Part shown: positions 29,283-39,001 of the stretch, in pieces
How the letters are laid out: each line of letters opens with the position of its first letter
Position numbering within the stretch: the stretch's first letter is position 1
Assembly (NCBI RefSeq): GCF_036264965.1
Contig: NZ_DATAPY010000024.1
Location: forward strand, 5,926 to 69,925
Direction: 5' to 3'
Length of the DNA stretch: 64,000 nt
Origin: Phenylobacterium sp.
GTDB lineage: Bacteria > Pseudomonadota > Alphaproteobacteria > Caulobacterales > Caulobacteraceae
Program-made: the position numbers and the translations under genes
Notes under the pieces: generated by a model
Databases searched by the model: none
What the model was told of the DNA's origin: nothing
Seen by the model: the letters and a program-made list of their open reading frames with translations, nothing else

Positions 29283-30788
29283 ATGCGCATCGCAGCCGTT
29301 CTGAGCGCCGCCGCGGTGCTGGCCGCCGGCGCCGCCAGCGCCCAATCGGTCACTGTGAAGATCGACTCAGGCCCGGTGGTCGGCGTGGCCACGGAGAAGG
29401 CCGACGTCTTCCGCAACATCCCCTTCGCCGCAGCCCCGGTGGGCGACCTGCGCTGGGCGCCGCCGCAGGCTGTGAAGCCCTGGACCGCGCCGCGTCCCGC
29501 CGCCGAGGCCGGGCCGTCCTGCCCGCAGCCGATGAACGCCGACGGCTCGCCCAACTCCGGCGGCGCCAACGGACCCACCTCCGAGGACTGCCTGCAGCTC
29601 AACGTCTTCGCGCCCCCGCATGCGAAGGACGCGCCGGTGATGGTCTGGATCCACGGCGGCGGCCACCGCACGGGCGCAGGCTGGATCTACGGCGGCGAGA
29701 ACTTCGCGCGCGACGGCGTGGTGGTGGTGAGCATCAACTACCGCCTGGGCGCGCTCGGCTACTTCGCGCACCCGGCGCTGACCAAGGCCGCCAGGCCCGG
29801 CGATCCGGTCGGCAACTATGGCCTGATGGACCAGATCGCGGCGCTCAAATGGGTGCAGCGGAACATCGCCGCTTTTGGAGGCGACCCGAAGAACGTCACC
29901 GTCTTCGGCGAGAGCGCCGGGGGGATGAGCACCTTGGCCATCCTGGCCACGCCCTCGGCCAAGGGGCTCTACCAGAAGGCTATCGTCGAGAGCGGCCTGG
30001 GCTGGACTACGCCCTCGACCCTGGCCGACCAGGAGAAGATCGGCGTGGCTGCACTCGCCAAGGCCGGCGTGCCGGAGACCGCGAGGGCCGCGGACCTGCG
30101 CGCGCTTCCCGCCGACAAGCTGGCGGCGGTGAACGGCGCCTACGGCCCGTTCATCGACGGCAAGCTGATGACCGAGACCGACAGCCAGGCCATCGCCCGC
30201 GGCCACATCCCCGATGTGCCGCTGATCATCGGCTCCAACTCCGGCGAGGACTCGCTGATGGGCCCCGCGACGCTGCCTGCCGCGGCGCTCGCGCGCATCC
30301 CTGAGGCCGTGAAGCCCGCCTACACGGCCGAGGCCGCCGCCGGGCCCGACACCTTCGCCCGCGCGGTGTTCACCGACCGGGTGATGGGCGGCCCGGCCCG
30401 CTGGGTGGCGGCCGAGACTTCCGGCGGCAAGCCGAGCTGGCTCTACTACTTCTCCTATGTCGGCTCGCGCTTCCCGGCGACCAAGACGCGCGCCGGCCAC
30501 GCCGACGAGATCCAGTACGTCTGGGAATATTGGGGCCGGCGCACGCCGATGAGCATGGTCAGCGCCAAGGACCAGGAGGTGGCGAGCCTGATGCACGCCT
30601 GCTGGGTCAGTTTCGCCAAGACCAGCGTCCCGAAATGCGGGAGCGGGACCTGGCCCGCCTATACGCCGGCCGCCGACCAGCTGATGGAATTCGGCAAGGA
30701 CAGTGGCGTGCGCGCCCACTTCCGCAGGACCCAGCTGGACGCGGAGCAGGCTTCGGTCCTGCCGACCCTGGCCATCGGCGAAAAATAG
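29283..30788 (+). CDS. Secreted type-B carboxylesterase (PnbA-like)
   Basis: Sec signal, SEDCLQLNVF, HGGG, GESAG, GSNSGE and GHADE. Confidence 0.92.
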   Translation: MRIAAVLSAAAVLAAGAASAQSVTVKIDSGPVVGVATEKADVFRNIPFAAAPVGDLRWAPPQAVKPWTAPRPAAEAGPSCPQPMNADGSPNSGGANGPTSEDCLQLNVFAPPHAKDAPVMVWIHGGGHRTGAGWIYGGENFARDGVVVVSINYRLGALGYFAHPALTKAARPGDPVGNYGLMDQIAALKWVQRNIAAFGGDPKNVTVFGESAGGMSTLAILATPSAKGLYQKAIVESGLGWTTPSTLADQEKIGVAALAKAGVPETARAADLRALPADKLAAVNGAYGPFIDGKLMTETDSQAIARGHIPDVPLIIGSNSGEDSLMGPATLPAAALARIPEAVKPAYTAEAAAGPDTFARAVFTDRVMGGPARWVAAETSGGKPSWLYYFSYVGSRFPATKTRAGHADEIQYVWEYWGRRTPMSMVSAKDQEVASLMHACWVSFAKTSVPKCGSGTWPAYTPAADQLMEFGKDSGVRAHFRRTQLDAEQASVLPTLAIGEK

Positions 30789-30826
30789 CCGCGTTTCGAT
30801 TCCAAGGTTCGCGCGTTGATGCCCGC

Positions 30827-31204
30827 ATGACCCGGATACCGCTCCTCATCTCCTTGCTGGCGCTCGCGACGGCGGCGACGGCGGCGGAGCCCACGGCCAA
30901 GGTCGACGCGACCTTCGGCAACACCGTCATGTCGGTCTATCCCGACGGCCGCTCCCAGAAGATCTGGCTGCAGCCGGACGGGACCTGGACAGGCCTCAGC
31001 CGGCGCGGCAACTCGCTGGCCGGTAAGTGGTCGGTAAAGGGCGACAAGGTCTGCCTGCGACAATCCAAGCCGCCCACCTTGCCGATCAGCTTCTGCCGGA
31101 CCTTCCCCGCCGATCCTGCCAAGGGGATCGACTCTGAGGACCTCACCGGCACGCCGATCCACATCAAGCTGGTGAAGGGCCATGTGGAGAAGTCCGAGGG
31201 CTAG
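30827..31204 (+). CDS. Small secreted beta-rich hypothetical protein (paralogue 1)
   Basis: Signal peptide, FGNTV..PDGRSQKIWLQPDG, GKWSVKGDKVC, two cysteines. Confidence 0.82.
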   Translation: MTRIPLLISLLALATAATAAEPTAKVDATFGNTVMSVYPDGRSQKIWLQPDGTWTGLSRRGNSLAGKWSVKGDKVCLRQSKPPTLPISFCRTFPADPAKGIDSEDLTGTPIHIKLVKGHVEKSEG

Positions 31205-31279
31205 AGGCCCGGCCCGCGCTGCAAACCAGGCGCCCTTCAGCTCGTGGCGCCGAATCCGCGGTTCACGCGTTCAGCGGAC

Positions 31280-31666
31280 ATGAAAACCCTCGTTCTCCTG
31301 ATTCCCGCCGTCCTGGCGCTCGCGCCGCCCGCACTCGCGGCCAGCGCCTCGCCAGGCGCCGCCAACGTCGCCTCCGCGTTCGGCAACACGATCGTCTCTG
31401 TCGATCCGGACGGACGCTCGCGGAAGATCTGGCTGCAACCGGACGGCAGCTGGACGGGCAAGAGCCGCCGAGGCCTGGCGCTCGCCGGCAAGTGGACCGT
31501 GAAGGGCGACAAGGTCTGCATGAGCCAGTCGAAGCCGCGCCTGTTCGGCAGCCTCTGTCAGGTCTTCCCCACCGATCCGAAGACCGGCATCGACACCACC
31601 GATCCGACCGGAACCAAGGTCCACCTGAAGCTGGTGAAGGGCCACGTGGAAAATTCCGGAGACTAG
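31280..31666 (+). CDS. Small secreted beta-rich hypothetical protein (paralogue 2)
   Basis: Same motifs as 30827-31204 (FGNTI..PDGRSRKIWLQPDG, GKWTVKGDKVC). Confidence 0.82.
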   Translation: MKTLVLLIPAVLALAPPALAASASPGAANVASAFGNTIVSVDPDGRSRKIWLQPDGSWTGKSRRGLALAGKWTVKGDKVCMSQSKPRLFGSLCQVFPTDPKTGIDTTDPTGTKVHLKLVKGHVENSGD

Positions 31667-32853
31667 AGGCCCGGTCCGCCCTGCAGCGGCGCGCTGGTGG
31701 CGATCTGTTGTGTCGGCGCGGCGGGCTCGCCGGAGGCGGCCCAATAGCTTTCCACTGCGCGGGCGACCCCGATCATCAGGCGATGGCGCGCCGAGGGCGG
31801 CTGCTTGGTCTCGCGCACCATGACCGCCACGGAATAGGTGTGGCCGTCTGGCGCGGTCAACAGGCCCACGTCGTTGATGCCGACCGAGGCCCCGCGCCAG
31901 TCGGGCCCGGTGCCGGTCTTGTGCGCCAAGCTCCAGCCCGGCTGGACACCGGCGCGCAGGCGCATGGCCCCGGTGCGCGCCTCGCCCATCAGGTCGAGCA
32001 TGAAGTCTGTGGAGGCGCGGCTTAAGAGTTCGCCGCGCTTCAGGGCCGCCAGCGCGGCGGCGATCCCGTCCGGCGTCGCCCCGTCCGGCGGATTGGCCAG
32101 ATAGTTGGCCAGCGCCTGGTCGCGAACGTCGTCCGGGAGGGCGGCGCGGGCCTGCTTGAAGATCCAGGTCTGGCCATACTCCGGCCGCCACTCGAGGCCC
32201 GCGGTCTTGGTCTGGACATCGCGCTCGGTGCCGCCCAGCGCCAGGCCTGCGAGACGCTTGTCGGCGATCACCCGGGCGACGACGCCGGGGCCGCCTACCT
32301 GGCGGATCAGCATGTCGTTGGCGGCGTTGTCGCTCTCGATTAGCGCGTGGCGCATCAGGTCGGCGAGCGTGATGGTCAGCCCGTTCGGCCCGCGGATCCG
32401 CGAGGCCAGGGGCTGGTAGAAGACCGAGCGGTCTTCGGCGTGCATCGTCACGGTCTGGTCCAGCGACAGGCGCTTGTCGTCCACCGCCTGCATCACGGCC
32501 AGCGCCACCCAGAGCTTGGAGACACTCTGCTGCGGGAAGGTCTGCTGGCCGTCCACCGAGGCGGTCCAGCCTGAGGTGACGTCGCTGACGGCGATCCCCA
32601 CCGGCTCGCCATAACCCTGGGCGATGCGCTCCAGGGTCGCCTGTAGCGCCGCCGGCGCGGGCCGGGCCGCGGCCTTCGACGCGCGCAGCGCCGGCGCCGG
32701 GCCCTTGGTGTAGGCGATCTTCTGCGGGGTTATCCGCTGCGCCGCCCACCAGCCGCCGGCGAAGGTCGCCGCCAACAGGACCGTGGCCGTGGCCAAAAGG
32801 ATCGCTGGCCGCGCACGTGTGCGCCGCCGGTTCCGGGTACGAAAGCTACTCAT
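31663..32853 (-). CDS. Class A beta-lactamase-like serine hydrolase with N-terminal membrane anchor
   Basis: SVSK (SxxK), SDN, omega-loop glutamate (GTER), KTG and GINDVGLL. Confidence 0.88.
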   Translation of the reverse strand: MSSFRTRNRRRTRARPAILLATATVLLAATFAGGWWAAQRITPQKIAYTKGPAPALRASKAAARPAPAALQATLERIAQGYGEPVGIAVSDVTSGWTASVDGQQTFPQQSVSKLWVALAVMQAVDDKRLSLDQTVTMHAEDRSVFYQPLASRIRGPNGLTITLADLMRHALIESDNAANDMLIRQVGGPGVVARVIADKRLAGLALGGTERDVQTKTAGLEWRPEYGQTWIFKQARAALPDDVRDQALANYLANPPDGATPDGIAAALAALKRGELLSRASTDFMLDLMGEARTGAMRLRAGVQPGWSLAHKTGTGPDWRGASVGINDVGLLTAPDGHTYSVAVMVRETKQPPSARHRLMIGVARAVESYWAASGEPAAPTQQIATSAPLQGGPGL

Positions 32854-32863
32854 CTTGGACAAT

Positions 32864-33778
32864 CTAGCGCGGATTCGCCGCGCGCACCTCAACAGTCACG
32901 TGACTGAGGCCCACAAGGCCCTTCAGGCGCAGATGATAGGCTTCCGCCGGCCTTGGATCGGGCGCGCTGACCACCGCCACGGCGGCATTGTGGCCGGGGC
33001 CAAGGTTCCAGATGTGCAGGTCGGTCACCTGTTCGCCCTCGGCTTCCAGGCGCGAGCGGACCTCGGCGGTCAGCTCCGGCGAGGGGTTCATGTCCAGGAG
33101 CGTCGCGCCGGCCCGGCGGACCAGGCTGACCGCGAACTGCGCCACCAGGGCCGCGCCGGCCAGACCGGCGACTGGGTCGGCCCAGCGCCAGCCCAGCCGC
33201 TGCCCGGCGAAGAGGCCGGCGATCGCCAATACGCCGACCATGGCGTCGGCGGACAGATGCAGATGGGCGGCCGAAATGTTGAGGTCGTGGCGGCCGTGCT
33301 CGGTGGGCTTCAGCAGCCACACGCAGACCAGGGTCACGACCAGGCCGCCGGCCGCCAGCGGCAGGGCCGAGCCGTAGTCCACCACCTCGGGTGCGAACAG
33401 CCGCTGGACGCTCTCGACGGCGATCAGCACGGCGGTGATGCCGAGGACCACCGCATTGGCGAAGCCCGCCAGATAGCCGATCTTGCCGGTCCCGAAGGCG
33501 AAGCGCGGGCTCGCCGCGTGCCGCCGCGCCAGGGCGTAGGCGCCGGAGGCCACCAGCAGCGCCGCCACGTGGGCGGCCATGTGCAGGCCGCTGGCGGTCA
33601 ACGCCATGGAGTGGAAGACCAGGCCGCCCGCCACCTGGGCGATCAGGGTGGCGATGCAGATGCCCATGACGATCCGCGTGCGCCGCTCGTTGCGACTGTG
33701 GTCTGCGCCTAGATAGGTGCGGTCGGCCTGATAGCCGTCCAGGGCGGAATGGGCGCAGGTGGGATCGGTCGCGGTCAT
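32864..33778 (-). CDS. CDF-family Co/Ni/Zn efflux transporter (DmeF-like)
   Basis: SMALTASGLHMAAH, FAFGTGKIGYLAGFANA, DLNISAAHLHLSAD and WADPVAG. Confidence 0.88.
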   Translation of the reverse strand: MTATDPTCAHSALDGYQADRTYLGADHSRNERRTRIVMGICIATLIAQVAGGLVFHSMALTASGLHMAAHVAALLVASGAYALARRHAASPRFAFGTGKIGYLAGFANAVVLGITAVLIAVESVQRLFAPEVVDYGSALPLAAGGLVVTLVCVWLLKPTEHGRHDLNISAAHLHLSADAMVGVLAIAGLFAGQRLGWRWADPVAGLAGAALVAQFAVSLVRRAGATLLDMNPSPELTAEVRSRLEAEGEQVTDLHIWNLGPGHNAAVAVVSAPDPRPAEAYHLRLKGLVGLSHVTVEVRAANPR

Positions 33779-33894
33779 GATGTGTTATACTGTAACATCG
33801 ACGGCCTGTCGAGCCGAGCCGCCGCCTCGCGATGCGTCGAGGTTGCCACCCGAGCTCCGGAACGATGTACTTGCGCAGGCAAGCGGAGACTGAC

Positions 33895-34377
33895 GTGCGG
33901 CGAACCATCGAATTCACGCTCAACGGCCGTGCGACCTCGGTGGAGGCCGAGGAAACCGAGCTTCTCTTGGACGTGCTGCGCGGCCGACTGGACCTGTTCG
34001 GCGCGCGGTTCGGCTGCGGCGCCGGGCAGTGCGGCGCCTGCGCGGTGCTGGTGGACGGGGCCTCGACCGCGGCCTGCCAGGCTGAGATCGGTAACCTGGC
34101 CGGCAAACAGGTCCTGACCGTCGAGGGCCTCGGCGCGCCGGACAGGCCACATCCGCTGCAGACTGCCTTCCTGGAGCTGCAGGCCGGCCAATGCGGCTAC
34201 TGCCTGTCGGGCATCCTGATCGGCGCCAAGGCGCTCCTGGACCGCAATCCCGACCCGAGCCGCGCGGAGATCGCCGACGCGCTGGATTGGCACCTTTGCC
34301 GCTGTGGCGTCCACAATCGGGTGATGGACGCCGTGGCCCTGGCGGCGAAGCGGATGCGCCAAGGAGCCGCCGCATGA
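33895..34377 (+). CDS. (2Fe-2S) subunit of a xanthine-oxidase-family molybdoenzyme
   Basis: CGAGQCGAC..C, QCGYC and CRC motifs. RBS GGAG before GTG 33895. Confidence 0.93.
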   Translation: MRRTIEFTLNGRATSVEAEETELLLDVLRGRLDLFGARFGCGAGQCGACAVLVDGASTAACQAEIGNLAGKQVLTVEGLGAPDRPHPLQTAFLELQAGQCGYCLSGILIGAKALLDRNPDPSRAEIADALDWHLCRCGVHNRVMDAVALAAKRMRQGAAA

Positions 34378-36473
34378 TCCCGCCCATGCTCGCCGCCAAC
34401 CCCAGACTCGACCGCTGGGTCAGCTTCGAGCCGGACGGCCGCGCCCGCATCGCGTTCGGCCGGATGGAGTACGGCCAGGGGATCTTCACCGCCCTGGCTC
34501 AGATGGCCGCCGACGAGCTCGATGTGCCGTTCGACCGGCTAAACGTCGTCGCCTCCGCCACCGGCGCCGTTCCCGACGAGGGTCTGACCGTCGGCTCGAT
34601 GTCGATCGAGTTCTCGGGCCCGGCGATCCGCATGGCGTGCGCCGAGACCCGCGCGCTCTTCACCGCGGCGGCGGCGGCGCGGCTGGGCTGCGGTCCGGCT
34701 GAACTGGACGTCCGCGACGGGGCCTTCGTTCGCGGGGGCGCGCCCACGGGCCTCGACTACTGGAGCCTGGCGGGCGACGTGGACCTGGCCCGCGAGGCGA
34801 CCGGCGAGGCGACCCTGAAGACACCGGACCGCATGGGCGTCGTGGGGGAAAGCTGGCCGCGCCTGGACCTGCCGCCCAAGCTGTTCGGAGCCGCCTTTCT
34901 GCACGACCTGGTCCTGCCGGGGATGCGCCACGCCCGCGTGCTGCGCCAGCCTAGCCCTGACGCGAGACTGAAGAGTCTCGACGAGGACGCCGTCCGGAGC
35001 GCGGTCGCCGACGTCGACATCCTGATCGAACGGGCCTTTGTCGCCCTGATCTGCGACACCGAGGCCAAGGCCGCCCGCGCCCACGCCGCCGCCGAGGCCG
35101 CCGCCCGCTGGGAGGGCGTCCGCGCCCTGGACCCGGCGCTCAGCGAGCCCGCCGCCATCAAGACCCTGCCACACGAGGACTTCGCCGCCGGGGCCGAGCC
35201 GGCCGGGCCGTCCAATCGTCGCCGGATCAGCGCGACCTACGGCAAACCCTTCCTCAGCCACGGCTCGCTCGGTCCGTCGATGGGGCTGGCCCAGTACCAG
35301 AACGGCAAGCTGACGATCTGGACCCACAACCAGGGCGTCTATTGGATGCGGGGGATCGCCGCCCGGATCACCGGTCTCGCGCCCGAGGCCATCGAGGTGA
35401 TCCACGGCCAGGGGCCCGGCTGCTACGGCCACAACGGCGCCGACGATCCGCCCATCGACGCGGCCCTGATCGCGATCCGCCGCCCGGGCCCGCCGATCCG
35501 CGTGCAGTGGCGGCGCGAGGACGAGTTCGGCCATGCGCCGGTGGGGACGGCCATGGTGATGGAGCTGGCCGCTGAACTCGACGCCTCCGGCCGGCTCGTG
35601 GACTACACCGCCGAGATATGGAACACGCCGCACACCGGCGCGCGCGGCACCGCCGTCGCCGAGAGCGCGCTCCCGGGCTATGTGGCGCCGCCGCGCCGTG
35701 CGCCGCAGCGCCTGATGCCGGACGGCAGCCGCTTCTCCGGCGGCCTGCTGAACGCCACGCCCTCCTACGAGATCGCCGCGACCCGCACTCTGGAGCATGT
35801 AATCGAGACGCCGATCCGCTCCTCCTCGCTGCGCAGCCTGGGCGGCGCGCCCAATACCTTCGCCAGTGAAAGCTTCGTGGACGAATTGGCCGAGGCGGCT
35901 GGCCAGGAACCGCTGGCCTACCGCCTGGCCATGCTGAACGAGCCGCGCGGCCGTGCGGTCCTGACCCGGCTCGCCGAGATGTGCGGCTGGGCGAAGCGCT
36001 GGGAGGCCGGGACCGGCCGCGGCCTCGGCCTGGCCTATGACCGCCACCGCGGCCGTGGCGCGATGGTGGCCTGCGCCGCCGAGCTAGAGGTCGAAGCCGA
36101 GGTGAAGCTGGTCAAGCTATGGTGCGCCTGCGACGGCGGCCTGATCATCAATCCGGACGGGGCCAGGAACCAGATCGAGGGCGGCATGATCATGGCCGCC
36201 AGCTGGGCCCTCAAGGAGCAGGTGAAGCTGGGCGGCGCGGGGATCGTCTCCACCACCTGGGACGATTATCCGATCCTGCGCTTCTCGGAGGTCCCGCCCA
36301 TCGAGATTGAGCTGATCGACACCCGCGACCAGCGGCCCTGCGGCCTGGGCGAAGTCAGCCAGGGGCCGGTGATGGCGGCCATCGGCAACGCCGTCGCCCA
36401 CGCTCTCGGCGCCCGCATCCGCGAGCTGCCCATGACGGGTGAGAAGATCGCCTCGGCATTGCTCAAGGGCTGA
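34374..36473 (+). CDS. Molybdopterin-binding subunit (isoquinoline/nicotinate oxidoreductase-like)
   Basis: GRMEYGQGIFTALAQMAADEL, GPGCYGHNGADD, VQWRREDEF, NQIEGG and GLGEVSQGP. ATGA overlap with the small subunit. Confidence 0.9.
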   Translation: MIPPMLAANPRLDRWVSFEPDGRARIAFGRMEYGQGIFTALAQMAADELDVPFDRLNVVASATGAVPDEGLTVGSMSIEFSGPAIRMACAETRALFTAAAAARLGCGPAELDVRDGAFVRGGAPTGLDYWSLAGDVDLAREATGEATLKTPDRMGVVGESWPRLDLPPKLFGAAFLHDLVLPGMRHARVLRQPSPDARLKSLDEDAVRSAVADVDILIERAFVALICDTEAKAARAHAAAEAAARWEGVRALDPALSEPAAIKTLPHEDFAAGAEPAGPSNRRRISATYGKPFLSHGSLGPSMGLAQYQNGKLTIWTHNQGVYWMRGIAARITGLAPEAIEVIHGQGPGCYGHNGADDPPIDAALIAIRRPGPPIRVQWRREDEFGHAPVGTAMVMELAAELDASGRLVDYTAEIWNTPHTGARGTAVAESALPGYVAPPRRAPQRLMPDGSRFSGGLLNATPSYEIAATRTLEHVIETPIRSSSLRSLGGAPNTFASESFVDELAEAAGQEPLAYRLAMLNEPRGRAVLTRLAEMCGWAKRWEAGTGRGLGLAYDRHRGRGAMVACAAELEVEAEVKLVKLWCACDGGLIINPDGARNQIEGGMIMAASWALKEQVKLGGAGIVSTTWDDYPILRFSEVPPIEIELIDTRDQRPCGLGEVSQGPVMAAIGNAVAHALGARIRELPMTGEKIASALLKG

Positions 36474-36484
36474 GCGGCCCCTAG

Positions 36485-37528
36485 ATGACGGCCATGAACG
36501 ACATCGCCGCGCACAAGAAGACGCCTGTCACCGTGCTCACCGGTTATCTGGGCGCCGGGAAGACCACGCTCCTGAACCGCATCCTCTCCGAGGACCACGG
36601 CAAGCGCTACGCCGTGATCGTCAATGAGTTCGGCGAGGTCGGCATCGACAACGACCTGATCGTGGGGGCCGACGAAGAGGTCTTCGAGATGAACAACGGC
36701 TGCGTCTGCTGCACCGTGCGCGGCGACCTGATCCGGGTGGTCTCGGGCCTAATGAAGAGGAAGGGCGGCTTCGACGCCATCATCGTGGAGACCACGGGCC
36801 TGGCCGATCCCGGCCCGGTGGCCCAGACCTTTTTCGTCGACGACGACGTGCGCGCCAAGACCCAGCTCGACAGCGTCACCACGGTGGTCGACGCCAAGCA
36901 TCTGCTGCTGCGCCTGGCCGACTCGAAGGAAGCCGCCGAGCAGGTGGCGTTCGCCGACCAGATCATCCTCAACAAGACCGACCTAGTGACCGAGGCCGAG
37001 CTGGTCGAGGTCGAGCGCGCGATCCGCAAGCTGAACCCGCTGGCGCCGATCCACCGCGCGCAGCGGTCAAACGTGCCGCTGGACCTGGTGCTGGGCCGCG
37101 GGTCCTTCGACCTGGCGCGGATCGAGGAAATCGAGCCGGACTTCCTGAACCCCGCCCATGGCGAGGCGGGACACGTGCACGACGAGCACTGCGACCACGA
37201 TCATGACCACCACGGCCACGATATCGAGGCGAGCGGTATCCGCGGGATTTCGCTGACGGCCCACAAGCCACTGAACGCCAACCGGGTCACGGCCTGGCTG
37301 AACGAGGTGCTGCAGGCGCAGGGACCGGACATCCTGCGGGCCAAGGGCATCCTCGACGTGGCCGGCGAGGACCGGCGCCTGGTGTTCCAGGCCGTGCACA
37401 TGATCCTCGAGGGCGATTTCCAGGGCCCCTGGCGCGACGGGGCCGACCGCTATTCGCGGCTGGTGTTCATCGGGCGCAACCTGGACGAGGCCAAGCTGCG
37501 CGAGGGCTTTGAAGCGACGATCGCGTAG
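36485..37528 (+). CDS. CobW/COG0523-family metallochaperone GTPase
   Basis: [41 protein letters not shown], His-rich linker and CobW_C domain. Confidence 0.95.
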   Translation: MTAMNDIAAHKKTPVTVLTGYLGAGKTTLLNRILSEDHGKRYAVIVNEFGEVGIDNDLIVGADEEVFEMNNGCVCCTVRGDLIRVVSGLMKRKGGFDAIIVETTGLADPGPVAQTFFVDDDVRAKTQLDSVTTVVDAKHLLLRLADSKEAAEQVAFADQIILNKTDLVTEAELVEVERAIRKLNPLAPIHRAQRSNVPLDLVLGRGSFDLARIEEIEPDFLNPAHGEAGHVHDEHCDHDHDHHGHDIEASGIRGISLTAHKPLNANRVTAWLNEVLQAQGPDILRAKGILDVAGEDRRLVFQAVHMILEGDFQGPWRDGADRYSRLVFIGRNLDEAKLREGFEATIA

Positions 37529-37717
37529 CTAGGCTGCGAGCGGCTGGCTGGCGGCCAGTTGTTTGAGCCTGGCGGTGGCGACGTACTCGGGCTTCAACAG
37601 CCCACAGCGCTCGGCCACCCGGCCGTTACGCCATTCCAGAACCAGCTGGTCGCCTTCCATCCGGTAGCGGCCGCGAACCGTCCCGGACCCAACCGACACC
37701 TGCACCGAATTCCACAT
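37529..37717 (-). CDS. Small hypothetical protein (62 aa)
   Basis: Compact ORF filling the gap between convergent genes, GAGG RBS. No recognised motif. Confidence 0.55.
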   Translation of the reverse strand: MWNSVQVSVGSGTVRGRYRMEGDQLVLEWRNGRVAERCGLLKPEYVATARLKQLAASQPLAA

Positions 37718-37836
37718 CTTGCGCCTCGCGCTTATCAGCGGCCGTTCTGGCCGCGCCTTGGACGCCAGCCTAGAGCGAACGAGGTTACGCCGCGATTAAT
37801 GCTGAACGCGCCGGTAGGCTTAATGGCGGCGGCGCG

Positions 37837-38280
37837 TCAAAGCTCCTCGTTGATCAGGGCGACCTGGTAGAAGCCGTTGCCCTGCAGGGTGTTCATGACC
37901 GACATGAAGTCGCCGTAGCGGACGTGCTTGTCGGCGCGGATGTAGACCCGTTGCTGCGTGGGTGGCAGGGTCGGGTCCTGCGCGGCCAGGATCTTCGACA
38001 GATCGGCGGACAGGGTCGCCAACGCGCTTACATTCTCGCCGATGAACAGCAGGCCACCGGCCTGCAGATTGATGACGACGGGCTCCTTCGGCTTGTCGCT
38101 GTTCTTCGGCGGCTGGGCGGGCGGCAGGTCGAGCTTGATCGACTCTGTCGCCGGCGGCAGCGCCACCATGAAGATGATCAGGAGCACCAGCATCACGTCG
38201 ACGAAGGGCGTGACGTTGATGTCGCTGTTTTGGCCGAGGTTGAAGCGGCCGCCGCCGCCCGAAGACAGTTTGGCTCCCAT
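37837..38280 (-). CDS. exbD: ExbD/TolR-family biopolymer transport protein
   Basis: DINVTPFVDVMLVLLIIFMV (TM aspartate) and YIRADKHVRYGDFMSVM. Confidence 0.92.
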   Translation of the reverse strand: MGAKLSSGGGGRFNLGQNSDINVTPFVDVMLVLLIIFMVALPPATESIKLDLPPAQPPKNSDKPKEPVVINLQAGGLLFIGENVSALATLSADLSKILAAQDPTLPPTQQRVYIRADKHVRYGDFMSVMNTLQGNGFYQVALINEEL

Positions 38281-38389
38281 GTCGCCGGCTCCCCGAAGAT
38301 CACGACTCGCCGCCGCGCACGTCCGAGGAAACGCCGGAATATTACATTCGTAAAGTCATAAAATTACGGATGTCAAAATGAGACCCGCG

Positions 38390-38419
38390 AAAAAGCCCGC
38401 CGAGTCGCCCCGGCGGGCT
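38390..38419 (-). terminator. Intrinsic terminator between the two exbD genes
   Basis: Minus strand AGCCCGCCG..CGGCGGGCT followed by TTTT. Confidence 0.75.
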
Positions 38420-38445
38420 GATTTCGCAACGAACGATCGGAGCGA

Positions 38446-38889
38446 TCAGATCTCTTCGTTGATCAGGGCGACCTGGTAGAAGCCGTTGCCCTGCAGGGTG
38501 TTCATGACCGACATGAAGTCGCCGTAGCGGACCTGCTTGTCGGCGCGGATGTAGACGCGCTGTTGCGTCGGCGGCAGCGTCGGGTCGTCCGCGGAGAGCG
38601 TCCGCGACAGGTCCGCCGGCAAGGTCGCCAGGCTGGTAGGCTTTTCGCCGATGTAGACGCCACCACCGGCCTGGATGTTGATGAGGATCGGTTCCTTCAC
38701 CTTGGTCCCGGGCGGCGGTGGAATGGCCGGCGGCAGGTCGAGCTTGATCGACACCGTCGCGGCCGGAATGGCCACCATGAAGATAATGAGGAGCACCAGC
38801 ATCACGTCCACGAAAGGCGTGACGTTGATGTCGCTGTTCTGGCCGAGGTCGAAGCGTCCCCCGCCGCCGCCGCCAAGCTTGGCGCCCAT
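38446..38889 (-). CDS. exbD: ExbD/TolR-family protein (tandem paralogue)
   Basis: Same motifs as 37837-38280. Confidence 0.92.
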   Translation of the reverse strand: MGAKLGGGGGGRFDLGQNSDINVTPFVDVMLVLLIIFMVAIPAATVSIKLDLPPAIPPPPGTKVKEPILINIQAGGGVYIGEKPTSLATLPADLSRTLSADDPTLPPTQQRVYIRADKQVRYGDFMSVMNTLQGNGFYQVALINEEI

Positions 38890-39001
38890 GCACTAATTCC
38901 CTTCCCTGGGGCGGTTCCGCCGCCCGGTCATTAAGAGTCCGTGGACCATTGGCAAGCCGCCGCGACGTTGTAAAGCCCGAAGCTGCCGTCTAGGGGGAGG
39001 C

